Both the position numbers and the translations under genes were made by a program. The notes beneath the pieces were generated by a model. The model did not search any database and was not told the origin of the DNA. It saw nothing but the letters and a program-made list of their open reading frames with translations. From contig JANKJI020000004.1 in the NCBI GenBank assembly GCA_024626585.2, positions 1,642,100 through 1,657,839 of the forward strand: a stretch of 15,740 nucleotides of DNA, written 5' to 3'. Positions 1 through 10,800 of this stretch are shown in pieces; position 1 is the first letter of the stretch, and the number at the start of each line of letters is the position of its first letter. Origin of the DNA: Ginkgo biloba. Its lineage: Eukaryota > Plantae > Ginkgophyta.

Positions 1-199
1 TACATTAAATTTTATTATGGGAGAAGTGGTCAAAAGAGTCCTCAACTACAACCCTAGACTTCTTTCTTGATGCATTAGTGCATAAACCCTAGGTGGAACC
101 CTGCATCTCAACATTTTCTTTGCTAGGGTGACTACTTGTAGAAGCAAGACCTTAATCCCTTCAACTTGATCATCTAAAACAATAGATTTCTTAGCCAAA

Positions 200-1320
200 G
201 CTATGCATCTCTATTCAATTGGATAGTAGATAATTGCCTCTCTAAGGATTCAACATTACTAGGAGATCCACTTCCAATACTCCGAGTATTGCTTTCTAGA
301 AAAAGTTTATCTACAATCTCTTTTAATTTTTTAATTTGATTTTCCATTTTCTTCATTTTATCTTCTATTGTAGTTGAACTAGTTACAACATGCATCAACT
401 CTTTCCTCGTTTCTTTAGCCTCCAACTTCAAGGCTTCTGATTCCTATAATTTTTTTTTTTTTATCTAAATCCTAATCGGTCTGAACTCCTACACTTCTCA
501 TACTTGTTTTCCTTGGAAATTTTGTAGGCTCATTAGAGAATTGGGCCTGCTTCAATTGGTGCTCCAACTATGCCAAATTCTTCAAATCTTTATTCTCTTG
601 GGTTAGTTGGTCATTTGCAATTCTATGGGCAATGTCACTCACATCCAAAAGTATAGTTGTATCTTCAACCTCCCCCCTGATTTCCTTTATTCTTTGCACA
701 ATTGCTTGCCCAGAGGATTCTACAATTTGTGGGGTCAGGGAAACTAATAGCTCTTCTTGTCCAATTCCAAGGGTAGTGTTAATGATCATCTATATCAATC
801 CAAGATGAACCAACTCCTTATCTTGCCCTTTCTTCCACCTTGCCAAATTCCTATGGGATCCTCTAAAAAGTAGATCATATCAAAAGGCCCGCCCATTTTC
901 CATGCAAAAAAAGATTTGAAGTGTCAAGTAAATAGGTAAGTTGGGTGTTGTCTTATAAATAAAAATTTGGAAATAAGGTTTGCAACTAGGCCTAGGGTGC
1001 AAGGATGAGCTTAACTAGGACTCCAGTACTAATGCTTACACCAATTGAGGGGTGATTAGCAAAGAAACTATGTAATGGGTCTTTAAACGCCTCTAGAGTG
1101 TCTCTCTTAGTCCATGTTTTCCCCTCAACTTGAACCCTACCAGCAATACCTATCAATTCTTTTCCCAGCACAACACTTTTTCCTTCCACCTTCGTTGTCT
1201 TATTCTAATAGTTTTGGACAAATTCCATGACTTGCAAAGAATTGAAGTCACATGCATTTTAACATAAATGACATAATTTAACCCCTCTTAATAAACTACC
1301 TAACGCAGGAGCTCTTTAAA
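200..1320 (-). pseudogene. Degenerate accessory (non gag-pol) ORF of a plant LTR retrotransposon, with a coiled-coil C-terminal part
   Basis: Three collinear minus-strand ORF pieces (992..1189, 568..789, 201..431) are linked by stops and frameshifts. Manual translation gives ...FNSLQVMEFVQNY*NKTTKVEGKSVVLGKELIGIAGRVQVEGKTWTKR...AFKDP...LFT*HFK...LVHLGLI*MII..., then heptad-rich segments (IEDKMKKMENQIKKLKEIVDKL). The resemblance to 'putative plant transposon protein' extra ORFs is from memory and unverified. Confidence 0.4.
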
Positions 1321-3129
1321 TAGATTGTCTAGAATCAGGCTCTTTTACTTACCTAAAAAGTTGCAGGATAGACAGGTGGAGTTAGTTGAGGCTCATCTTC
1401 CACAATTGTCGTTCCTAGTTCTTCTTCAGCATCCTTACAATTCTACAAGCTTTCTCTTCATATTTGCTCCTTATGGTGGTTGTTATTGTTCAATCTATAA
1501 TTTCTTCACAATTCCAATTTGCTTCTACTCAAGGACCTAGCTTATCTACATGTGATTGGGCATAGTTGGGGAGGGTCCAAACACTTATGCTACCAAGGAT
1601 CATAGACTACAAATTGACGATACTCCAAAGTGTTGTCCAAGTAAAGTTTGGAGCCCACCCACTCTGTTTGGATACTATATACCAGATGTGCACATACTAA
1701 CATAGAGTCTGGGCCATGGACGACACACACACAGGGAGGGGACGATAGCCATATCAAGCTTTATGCTCCTCACAAATGTTGGTAGAAAAGGAGACCACTA
1801 AGTGTAGATATGGCCAATACGGTGAGGTTCATACACTACTACATGCAACTGATATATCAATTGATAGATTATCACCCTTCAAGTTCTCACTAGATGGACC
1901 TAATCTCCTACTTACGAAGAAGAAGAATAATGAGCAAAATTGAGGAGATATTTCAAAATCCTACATTCAATCTACGTGGATCTCTCAACCTAGGGCACTA
2001 AGCCCTAAGTTGGCATTTTATCATGAGCACCCCATGTCCCAAAAGGCGCCATTAATCGTCTAGGTTACCTACGTCTACATATGTCGCTATTGCCTTTTAG
2101 GGATAGAAGAGGGTCCCTCTCCACATTTGTCTCATACAAGAATAAACAATGTATGGTTCTCTTCCTTGGAGAGCTCTTTCTCCACAATCGTCGCCCCCTA
2201 GAGAGCATAACAACTAATCAAATAGAGTTCAATGANNNNNNNNNNNNNNTCTTCTAGTCGACGACCTTATGATAAGGTAGAAGTGTTGAAGGCACACATA
2301 GTGCCTCCAATAAGACACCTAATATTTTCCATAGACCTAGTGCAGCCATCGTCGACCCTAGACATAGTTTGGCAATAGATACCCTAAACACATTGGGGGG
2401 TCCTTATAGGATCAAGAGAGACGGATCCAGATCCTTAGGAGGGTAGACTCAACACCAGATTCTTCATGCCAAACAAAGGAGNNNNNNNNNNNNNNNNNNN
2501 NNNNNNNNNNNNNNNNNNNNNNNNNNNNNNNNNNNNNNNNNNNNNNNNNNNNNNNNNNNNNNNNNNNNNNNNNNNNNNNNNNNNNNNNNNNNNNNNNNNN
2601 NNNNNNNNNNNNNNNNNNNNNNNNNNNNNNNNNNNNNNNNNNNNNNNNNNNNNNNNNNNNNNNNNNNNNNNNNNNNNNNNNNNNNNNNNNNNNNNNNNNN
2701 NNNNNNNNNNNNNNNNNNNNNNCACTCCTTTTGGATGTACCATTTATTTTTCACTTGCTACTCTTTATTTAGTGTATTCTTAGTAGATTTCCCTTTTAGG
2801 TATTAGATTCGGCATTGGAGATGCCAAAAGCACTCCCCTAATTTGTAACATTTGTATGCATTATTCTAGTCCCATTACCCACTTTTCGGTCATTTGCTAC
2901 ATTAATATATTTTTGTTTTCATCTTCATTTCCTGAGTAACTGTCCCAAGCAAAAGCCCCTCTTTTCCACCAGTTGATTACCACTACAAATGGGATAGTGA
3001 TCTCCATATCCTTGGTAGCAGTCAATCTTTTGTCTAATGCTAAGTTCCACAATTGTCTAAAAGAGTTGAATGCTTGGTTGGAAGTTTTGTGGTTTCTCTA
3101 TTACCAACTCTCTTGGAGTGGGAGGGATG

Positions 3130-3413
3130 TTGGAGCACTTGTCGTTGATATACTTGCTTCACTTTCTTTGTTGGCAAGGAGTGGAGCAACCGTGAAGATC
3201 GACTCTCAAATAAAATGCTTGAAATATTTTGTCGAAATAGAATATATGATATTGATATGATTACAATTAATCAACTAGAGGCTTGTATAGGCATATTATT
3301 TGGGATTGCCTTAATTAGGCACCTTCTCATTATGTCCCTTCATTTAACAATAAATATTAATGAATAGTAACCACTAATGCAGTGTTTTAACCCTCTAATT
3401 TAGATTCATTACA
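3130..3413 (-). repeat. Putative 3' LTR of the gypsy element (start at 3413 supported; distal end uncertain)
   Basis: Begins TGTAATG immediately after the PPT. It is non-coding and AT-rich, with a TATA-like CCTATACAA near 3284-3292. Candidate CA ends lie near 3169, 3128 and 2844 (..GTTACA). No matching 5' LTR was found in the window. Confidence 0.45.
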
Positions 3414-3427
3414 TGCCATCCCTCCTT
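3414..3427 (-). promoter_or_regulatory. Polypurine tract (PPT) of the gypsy element
   Basis: The minus strand reads AACAAGGCATCTT-AAGGAGGGATGGCA|TGTAATG: a purine-rich tract directly followed by TGT, the usual chromovirus 3' end layout. Confidence 0.65.
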
Positions 3428-3449
3428 AAGATGCCTTGTTTGCAAAGCA

Positions 3450-4380
3450 TCAAATTGCTAGAATTGGAACAATTCTCATCATCTTCACAAGATGTTGAAA
3501 ACGTTCTTCTATTTCTAGGCATCACTAGAAAACCTATTCTTTAGGAGATTGTTAAGAGGCGATGTGATTTCGGTGTAGCTACGAGCACACCTTCGATAAT
3601 AACCTATTAGACCAAGGATTCTTTTTAACTTTGTGATATTTGTTGGTCTTGTCCATGCTGTGACAACTTCAATTTTTGCATCGTTGGCTTTGATACTTTT
3701 GATAAATTGAGATGACCTAAAAATTCAATCTTCTTTTTTCCGAAGATGCATTTTGATCTTTCCATGTATAATCGAAATTGTTAGAGTATGGATAAGATTT
3801 TATTGATACGAGTTAAGTGTGTATTCTAAGTGGTACTACATATCATAACGTCATCAAAGAAAACACAAACACTTTTTCATAATAAAGGTATGGGGGTTTT
3901 TTTATTGTAGTTTGGAAGATCAATAGAGCATTAGTGAGTCCAAATGATATGACATCAATTTCCTAATGTCCTTTGTGTGTACTATATGTTGCCTTTGGAG
4001 TACCTTCAGACTAAATTCGAGTTTGGGAGTACCAAGATTATAGTTCGATCTTACTTAAGTACTAGCCTCCCTTAAGCCCATCAAGTAATGCTTCAATGCT
4101 TGGATGGGATATCAATTTTTCATTGTGTTCTATTTAAGGAACAATAATCAACACACATTGGGGATGATTTGTCTTCTTCATGTACAAATATTACTAGGAC
4201 CACTAGGGGACTCTTACTAAGTACTACAAACCCCAAAATAAAGAGTTCCTTAACATTCGACTCTTCTCATTCTTATGATGATGGAAATATCAATGTAGTT
4301 TTATCATAATTGGTGTAGTACCTCTTCTAAACTCGATAATATGTTTTATACCTCTATAACTTAGTAGTTCAATTAGAGGT
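3450..4380 (-). pseudogene. pol: Ty3/gypsy reverse transcriptase, degenerate
   Basis: HIIEF...SKSPLVVLVIFVHEEDKSSPMCVDYCSLN...IEALLDGL...SKIEL*SWYSQTRI...THKGH*EIDVISFGLTNALLIFQ...VCVFFDDVMICS...SKCIFGKKKIEFLGH...W.RPTNITKLKRILGLIGYYRR...VPILAI. Confidence 0.92.
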
Positions 4381-4479
4381 GCTTGCAATATATCTAGATC
4401 ACGTTTTTTACTTAAATGCCCTTTTTATAATGTCTCCTCCATCTTGTATGAGGATATCATTTGTATCTCGAGTAATGTG

Positions 4480-4880
4480 AAGCCTTGCAAAGTAATTGTT
4501 TGTCCATAATCATTAAATAGCATAAAATGATCCTTTCAGTTCATTTGGAATGTGCCAAGAGTACTCAACCATGAGCTTCCCAAAACTACATCGACACCAT
4601 TAGTCATTATGAAAAAAACTCTCTCTAAGGCCAACTCCTTTTAATTCTAACTTTAATTTTCCTAGGACATCTTGACCAGTAATCTTGTTGATCAACTCCA
4701 ATTTTTACTTGAAATTTTGAAATTTTAACAAGTTGTGGTTGTAATCTTCTTATAGTCGATTAATGCATAAAATTGTGTGTACTTCCTGAATCTATCTGAA
4801 CTATCACCTGTTCATTCTTGATAACCCCACAAATTTTTAATGTCTCAAGTCTTGTGAGTCCAATCATTGCTGAAAAATAT
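4480..4880 (-). pseudogene. Retroviral-type aspartic protease fragment
   Basis: TLKICGVIKNEQVIVQIDSGSTHNFM with the catalytic DSG at 4784-4792, then GVDVVLGSSWLSTLG...TITLQG. Confidence 0.9.
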
Positions 4881-5409
4881 ATCTTAGGAACTTCTTCAAT
4901 GAAGAAGAGTTCTTCTATTGTAGGCTTGGTATCAGACTTAAATGTTTTGATGTTAAAATGTTCTTCAAGCTCTTCTATAAGTGAGTATAGTTCACTTGGT
5001 TTGCATTTATACCCTTCTCCTCATTTATCTTTACACCAATAATAAAGTCCCTCCCTTCTTAGCTCTGCTTGTTCTTGTTATGATTAATTGTTGATTTTTG
5101 TTGTTTTAATCTCCTTTGGAGCACGATTTTGTCATCATTAACCCAATAAGTAATATCTTTTATTGTAGGTGCTCGATAGGGCATTCCTTAGTCTTTGAAG
5201 GGTTTGCTCCTTGGTGCTAAGACCCATGGCTATCTGTACTTTCCTAACTTCAATTGTTGAGCTTGATTTTTGGTTTCAAATGATCAAGCTAGTTCCATGG
5301 CANNNNNNNNNNNNNNNNNNNNNNNNNNNNNNNNNNNNNNNNNNNNNNNNNNNNNNNNNNNNNNNNNNNNNNNNNNNNNNNNNNNNNNNNNNNNNNNNNN
5401 NNNNNNNNT

Positions 5410-5750
5410 TATAAGCTAATGGCATAAAATTGTCACAATAATCTAGCACGCTTCCTATTTGTTGTAGTTTACATAACTACAAAAAGTAATTATTGTCCCA
5501 TTTCTCACCAAAACGTTTGAGGAATGTCTAAACAAAACTTTCCTAACTGAGGGTATTACTCACTTGTTACTTTTTGTGGGACCACATTGTCCACCAATCA
5601 TAAGCCCTTCCTCTCATATGCCATGATTATCACATCTTCATGTTCGATTGGATGCATGGTTAAATATAATTCTATCTTTTCCTTTCGTTCTTCTGCTAGT
5701 AACCCATCTGGAGCTCCGTTGAATCCAGGTATACCAATCTTTTTGGTTGA
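5410..5750 (-). pseudogene. gag: Retrotransposon gag (Retrotrans_gag-like) fragment
   Basis: KIGIPGFNG...E.KIELYL...GRAYDWW...S*ESFV*TFLKRF...LQQIGSVLDYCDNFMPLA fits the gypsy gag pattern P.F.G...A..WW...W..F...F..RF...L.Q.GSV..Y...F. Confidence 0.8.
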
Positions 5751-7082
5751 TCATCGTTTTTGTGTATCATGTAGTCATATTCTTCTGCACCCTTCCTTGG
5801 TCATGTATTTTTTCTTCGTCAAACTAAGGTGCTACCATTGTTAGGCATCCTTCTTTTATAATTTAAAAGTACCATTGTCTAATAGGGTCTCCTTATTTAA
5901 TAATTTAGTAGTTGGAGAATTTATATGAACCTGTGGGTTCTTCGATAGTTGACCTAATCCTAATTCACTTGGTACATTTATTATTGTCTTGCTTATGATT
6001 TCCGATATAATCTTTATCATTCTCACTTTATCATATTCTGATTCTACCATCATGCTTATTACATCATGAGGTCACCATTATTATAACAAGTTTTGTAACC
6101 TTATAAGAAAGACTCCTTTGATTTATAATAGAATGGTATTCTTTTGTGGTACATTACTCCAATTAAAATTTCTTTTTAAAACTTCAGAATGCCCAATTTT
6201 TGTTGTAGGGTGACCAAGCCTCTACCTATATTTTGTGTTGCATCTATGAGTGGCGAACCTCGAGAAGTTTTTGTGGGAGACGATGCAAGGATGGATAGAG
6301 GTGCATTGAGAGACCTACAGAAGGCAAGGCAAATGCATCATCTCACGTGTTCACGATTTGTAGAAGGAAAGAAGACTAGATAAGAGGCAAAACAAAAGCA
6401 TAGTTTGGAAGATGTTCTACAACAATGTGATCTAATTTCGTAGTAGACTACTAACCAATGTGATTTTCAAGAGGAGTCTCTATAGTGGAGAAAAAAGGTT
6501 GGAATGGACAAGCAGACAAATATGAGAATTGGATTAAGTAGAGACAGGATATGGAGAGAATACAAAGATGGAGGTAAGCGAGGAATTGATGGGAAAATCA
6601 GGGTGTTGTGGAAAACAAGGATAGATAGTGGTGATGGACTTAGTTATTAAAATTGTATGNNNNNNNNNNNNNNNNNNNNNNNNNNNNNNNNNNNNNNNNN
6701 NNNNNNNNNNNNNNNNNNNNNNNNNNNNNNNNNNNNNNNNNNNNNNNNNNNNNNNNNNNGTTGCAAAGGGCCCTACAACTATGTTGATAATTACGTATGA
6801 CCAAGACCTGGATTATAGCATAGATAATAACTATTGCAGCGGATAACATTGTGACGACAACACAACGAAATCATTTTGGGAGATGCATAGGTGCAAATCG
6901 ACAACATTACATAACTTGGAGTTTTTTTATCCTGGTTCCTTCAGGGGCTAAGGTTTTTCTTCAAGGTGGGAAGTAAACTTCATTATTACAGTGACAGGCA
7001 AAAGTGATCGCTCACCCACCAAACTGCAAAGCTCAAACAAACGTCTAGATAGTGAAATCAAAATAAATTTATGGTAGTAGGT

Positions 7083-7226
7083 AAAATGGGTGCCTCCTTT
7101 GGAAATTGGATGGAAATAGGGAGTAGATACCAGAATGAATGCCTCACCCCTTAGAATTGGATTGAAGTAGGGAGTAGAGAGCAAAATGGGTGCCTCCTCC
7201 TTAATGAGAATATTGCATTGAAATAA
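7083..7226 (+). repeat. Degenerate ~50-bp tandem repeat, about 2.8 copies
   Basis: Units start at 7083 (aaaatgggtgcctcctttggaaattggatggaaatagggagtagatacc), 7132 (agaatgaatgcctcaccccttagaattggattgaagtagggagtagagagc) and 7183 (aaaatgggtgcctcctcc...). Confidence 0.85.
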
Positions 7227-7488
7227 AAAATGGCCGATGAGATGGATTACACAGCAAATGGGTGGAATCTTTACAGTAATCCCTATATCCAATGCGGTGA
7301 CCTACAAGACTGGTGAATATTGTAGTTGGTAACCCAGGAAGACCAATAGATGGAATCAATACCATAGGGATGCTCTTGACTTTAGCGAAGGCATATATCA
7401 TGGTTGATTACCCAGGCACTCTGGTGAAAGATGAAGGTAGGGATCCAGACTACTTTTCACTACTTATCTTGGGATGAGACAAAGTTTT

Positions 7489-7501
7489 AGGTGTGGGGGA
7501 G
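7489..7501 (+). promoter_or_regulatory. Polypurine tract preceding an LTR
   Basis: GACAAAGTTTT-AGGTGTGGGGGAG directly abuts TGTTGG at 7502. Confidence 0.6.
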
Positions 7502-7808
7502 TGTTGGATGGTGAAATTTCTTAATGTAATTATTATAATGAGGATTAGGTGGGTGGTTGGTAGTTGGGTTTCCCAACAACCTCTACCACCTATATAATCT
7601 TATGTATGTATCAATCTCAAATCATCAAAGGAGAGAGAACGCAGGGTTTATGAATGAATTTCTCAGGGAAGTCTTAAGTTTGGGACTACCCTCCATTATA
7701 ATGAATGATCTATTCTCAAATCTCTGTGTGTTCATCTCTCAAATGGTTTTGTTCATATGTATCTACTCTCGTTGTACTGATGCATTGATTGGCAAACTAT
7801 AGCCAACA
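7502..7808 (+). mobile_element. 307-bp LTR (TGTTGG...CCAACA)
   Basis: Perfect 6-bp terminal inverted repeat TGTTGG/CCAACA, a TATA box (CTATATAA, 7590-7597), a PPT immediately upstream and a PBS-like motif 2 nt downstream. Confidence 0.7.
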
Positions 7809-7810
7809 TT

Positions 7811-7822
7811 TGGTGTCGTTGC
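7811..7822 (+). promoter_or_regulatory. Primer-binding site, tRNA-Asp type
   Basis: CA-TT-TGGTGTCGTTGC compared with the plant tRNA-Asp PBS TGGCGCCGTTGC: 10/12 identical, and both differences are C>T transitions. Confidence 0.6.
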
Positions 7823-10800
7823 GAGTGTTCGGATCTAGAGAGGCATGCATGATAAATCTCAACTGGGTGACAACAACAGCGGGATATAAAAGTCTACAAG
7901 CACTCTTAGAAATATCAAGTGAGAATGCTTCTCAGTGGCCAAACCCTGAATGTCGATACGAGGGGATTGTTCATTTTATTCTAGTGGTCTCCTTTAGTGC
8001 TTCCAATTCCAATCCCATTTAGGCCACGATTGAATGTAAAGATCTTTTTATCACTGATGGTGCATTCATCGTTGTGCCATATGGAGAACGTTGTGTCTAG
8101 AAAATTATGGTATTAAGAATGGAGAAATCAAACGTAATTACCAAGCATCGAGAATAATGGCGGAGAGAGGTGAAATGATCGAATTGGAGGAGTGCGTAAA
8201 AGCCTGTGATTTCCACATTCTACTTTTTGTGAGGACTTGGAGATCAATTCAAAATTTAGACGTTCAAGTAGAATAAAATTATGAATCCAAACAACAGAGC
8301 AATTGACTCTCATCATGACAGACCTTCTTTGGACTCTGCGTATACTATATAATTGAAGAAAACTTGTGTCAGCAAACCGTGAGATTGGGCATAGCTGCAG
8401 TTCCAAGCCAAAAGTTGAAGAAATTTCACAAACCCAACCAGGTNNNNNNNNNNNNNNNNNNNNNNNNNNNNNNNNNNNNNNNNNNNNNNNNNNNNNNNNN
8501 NNNNNNNNNNNNNNNNNNNNNNNNNNNNNNNNNNNNNNNNNNNAAACCGTGACTCTAGTCGAGAGCTCCTCAAACACAGTCAGGAGGTTATTAACCTGGG
8601 CAGCCCAAAGAGACACATCTTTCAGGGGGTTAAATTCTAATCGGGATATTGAGGGATTGTAGAGAATTCCAACATCCCCTATTTTACGTGATTCCTCAAC
8701 CTCCATGAGACTGTGGCTATGATTGTGAATGTTGTCCTCAACCCAGGCGTTGCACTATTTGACGTGGTAGACACCAGTAATATTAGGTGAGAGTGAGAGG
8801 TCAAACTTTGTGCATCAATCACCGAAGCTACCTATTACTGATCCGCAGTGGACGCCATGTGAAGTCGAGAAAGCATCAAACTTTATATGGAACAACAACT
8901 CTATGAACGGGAGCTGAAGAAGGAACGCCTCAAGTCTGTGAGGTAGCACACAGAGACGTCAAACACAAGGAGACGTGAGCCCATGTGTCTCTGTTCACAT
9001 CATTGGAAAGAGGAACGTAGGGTCGTGAGGCCACTGGCAACACTATGAGGCCAGAATCCGAGTGGAAGACACAAAGATCAGGAGAGGAAGACCAGTTGTT
9101 CCCGCGAGAANNNNNNNNNNNNNNNNNNNNNNNNNNNNNNNNNNNNNNNNNNNNNNNNNNNNNNNNNNNNNNNNNNNNNNNNNNNNNGGTGCCACTGTGG
9201 TGTCCTCCAATGAACTCACTCTTCAAGAATAAGTTTAAAATCACAGAAATACCAAAATTGTTCTTTGTTGCTATTGTGCCATTCTCTTGCCATGTTCTCA
9301 ACTTAAGACTCGAGACTGCTTCAAAAAATGAAAGAGAGAAAGGGAGATCGTTTCCTTTTGTACAAAGTCATTTTCTTTGAAAGGAAAGCTTGTATGAGAG
9401 AAAGGTCATGGTATGTTTTTGGACCGAAAACAACTCATTTTTGTCTAATAAAAGATCGATTTGAGAATGAAAACTCCTTAGGGCCACCTCAGCTAAATGG
9501 TACTGAAACAAAGGAAATTTGCTCTCCTAAAAGAATGGTTTGATTCACAAACCATTTTGGATGAATTTTGCTACTATTCCCTATGAGTTGTAGCTATTGA
9601 CTGAATGTATTTAATTTTAATATAATTTTAATGCCACCGGCAGGCACCCACATATCTGCTTTTGAAGAGCCGCACCTAATGTTGTGAACCTTCAAAGCCT
9701 TGTACCCACAAAGACATGCAATCTTGTATATTACCAATCTATATTTCNNNNNNNNNNACTCGTAGACTCTTCATATACTGGTTTTTGAATTTTGGACATT
9801 TGAAAGTCCAGCTTTGATATAATGATGCTCATCACTTTTGAAGGGTTCTAACTTCTTTGTAATTTTACATAGTAGTCTTAAAATTAGACTTCAGTTTTCT
9901 GCAGGGAAACCTAACTCATCTAACTGAAACATTCCAAAACATTTGAGAATCTGCTCCGCTTTCTCACTCTTGCGCCAAAATGAAATCTTCTCTCACAAAT
10001 TTCAGGTCATTTCTAAAGCATTTGAGGCTGATTTTGCCCAACTGAACCAATAACAAGACTGTTTCAAGGTTGTTTTTCGTTAACTTGTTTCACAATGTTT
10101 TTTGGGGATAAATTGCCCTATTTCTGGAATTTTAATTTTCTTTTTGGTTTTCATTTTGAGTTATATTTTCCCAAAGTACCAGTTGTTTGGCTTTTCTCTG
10201 TGGTGAAAAGATTTCAACTTTGCTTTCAATCATCCAAAGCTAAACAGTCATATTTTATAATAAACTAATTCTTCTCTGAGAACTTCAAATATTTTGTCCA
10301 CAAAATTTTTGGAAGTCACCTAAGGTACTTCAAGTCATGCATAATTAATTTTGTGGGCCTCCATATTTTATCTGTATTTGTGATATTTCTGAACTACATC
10401 TGTACATTACACCATGATATTTAAGTTTTTAGCACATTTTAGGCCACCAAATAGTATTCGTAGGTCACAACCNNNNNNNNNNNNNNNNNNNNNNNNNNNN
10501 NNNNNNNNNNNNNNNNNNNNNNNNNNNNNNNNNNNNNNNNNNNNNNNNNNNNNNNNNNNNNNNNNNNNNNNNTGAACCTTTTTAATATTATCATTACATC
10601 CCAACATCCTCAAGGAGACCTGATATTAGGACAAGTGGTACCATATTGGGGTGTCTAGGCTCAAGGAATTGGAGTTGCCCCCTTTTTTCTTAGTTTTCCC
10701 TATATGACTTACTAGGAGCAAGGAATCAAGACATGTGGCATGATCTTGGTGCACCTAACCTTTTGGTCCTTTGGGTATTTCTAATATTTACCTCACACAT

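Larger units (their letters stand above)
3414..5750 (-). mobile_element. Ty3/gypsy (chromovirus-like) LTR retrotransposon internal region: gag-protease-RT pseudogene, RNase H and integrase deleted
   Basis: Motifs occur in gypsy order on the minus strand. Gag: IGIPGFNG (5714-5738), GRAYDWW (5591-5611), LQQIGSVLDY (~5438-5467). Decayed Zn-knuckle: LRREGLYYWCKDK*GEGYKC (5003-5062). Protease: IDSGSTHNF (4769-4795), DVVLGSSWLSTLG (~4555-4595). RT: MCVDY (~4144-4158), SFGLTNA (~3928-3948), FFDD (3850-3861), KCIFG..IEFLGH (~3712-3755), LGLIGYYRR (~3590-3617). Many stops and frameshifts. Confidence 0.93.

Noticed and set aside
1560-2481. LTR-like region ending ...ATGCCAAACA
   Set aside because: It is probably repetitive, but no partner LTR, PBS, PPT or TSD could be established.
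6035-6050. tRNA-Met PBS (minus strand TGGTAGAATCAGAAT) for the gypsy element
   Set aside because: It needs a 3-nt insertion to match TGGTATCAGAGC, and the upstream sequence does not match the putative 3' LTR.
6060-6075. Next purB exon (CCT CAT GAT = PHD on the minus strand)
   Set aside because: It is preceded by an in-frame TGA, lacks IE/YM context and has no acceptor site.
7083-7226. Repeat-spacer (CRISPR-like) array
   Set aside because: The units are degenerate tandem copies without unique spacers, there are fewer than three full copies, the context is eukaryotic, and no cas genes are present.
9190-10797. LTR-like or other repeat region ending ...TTTACCTCACA
   Set aside because: It is broken by gaps and does not match the 7502-7808 LTR, so its boundaries cannot be supported.
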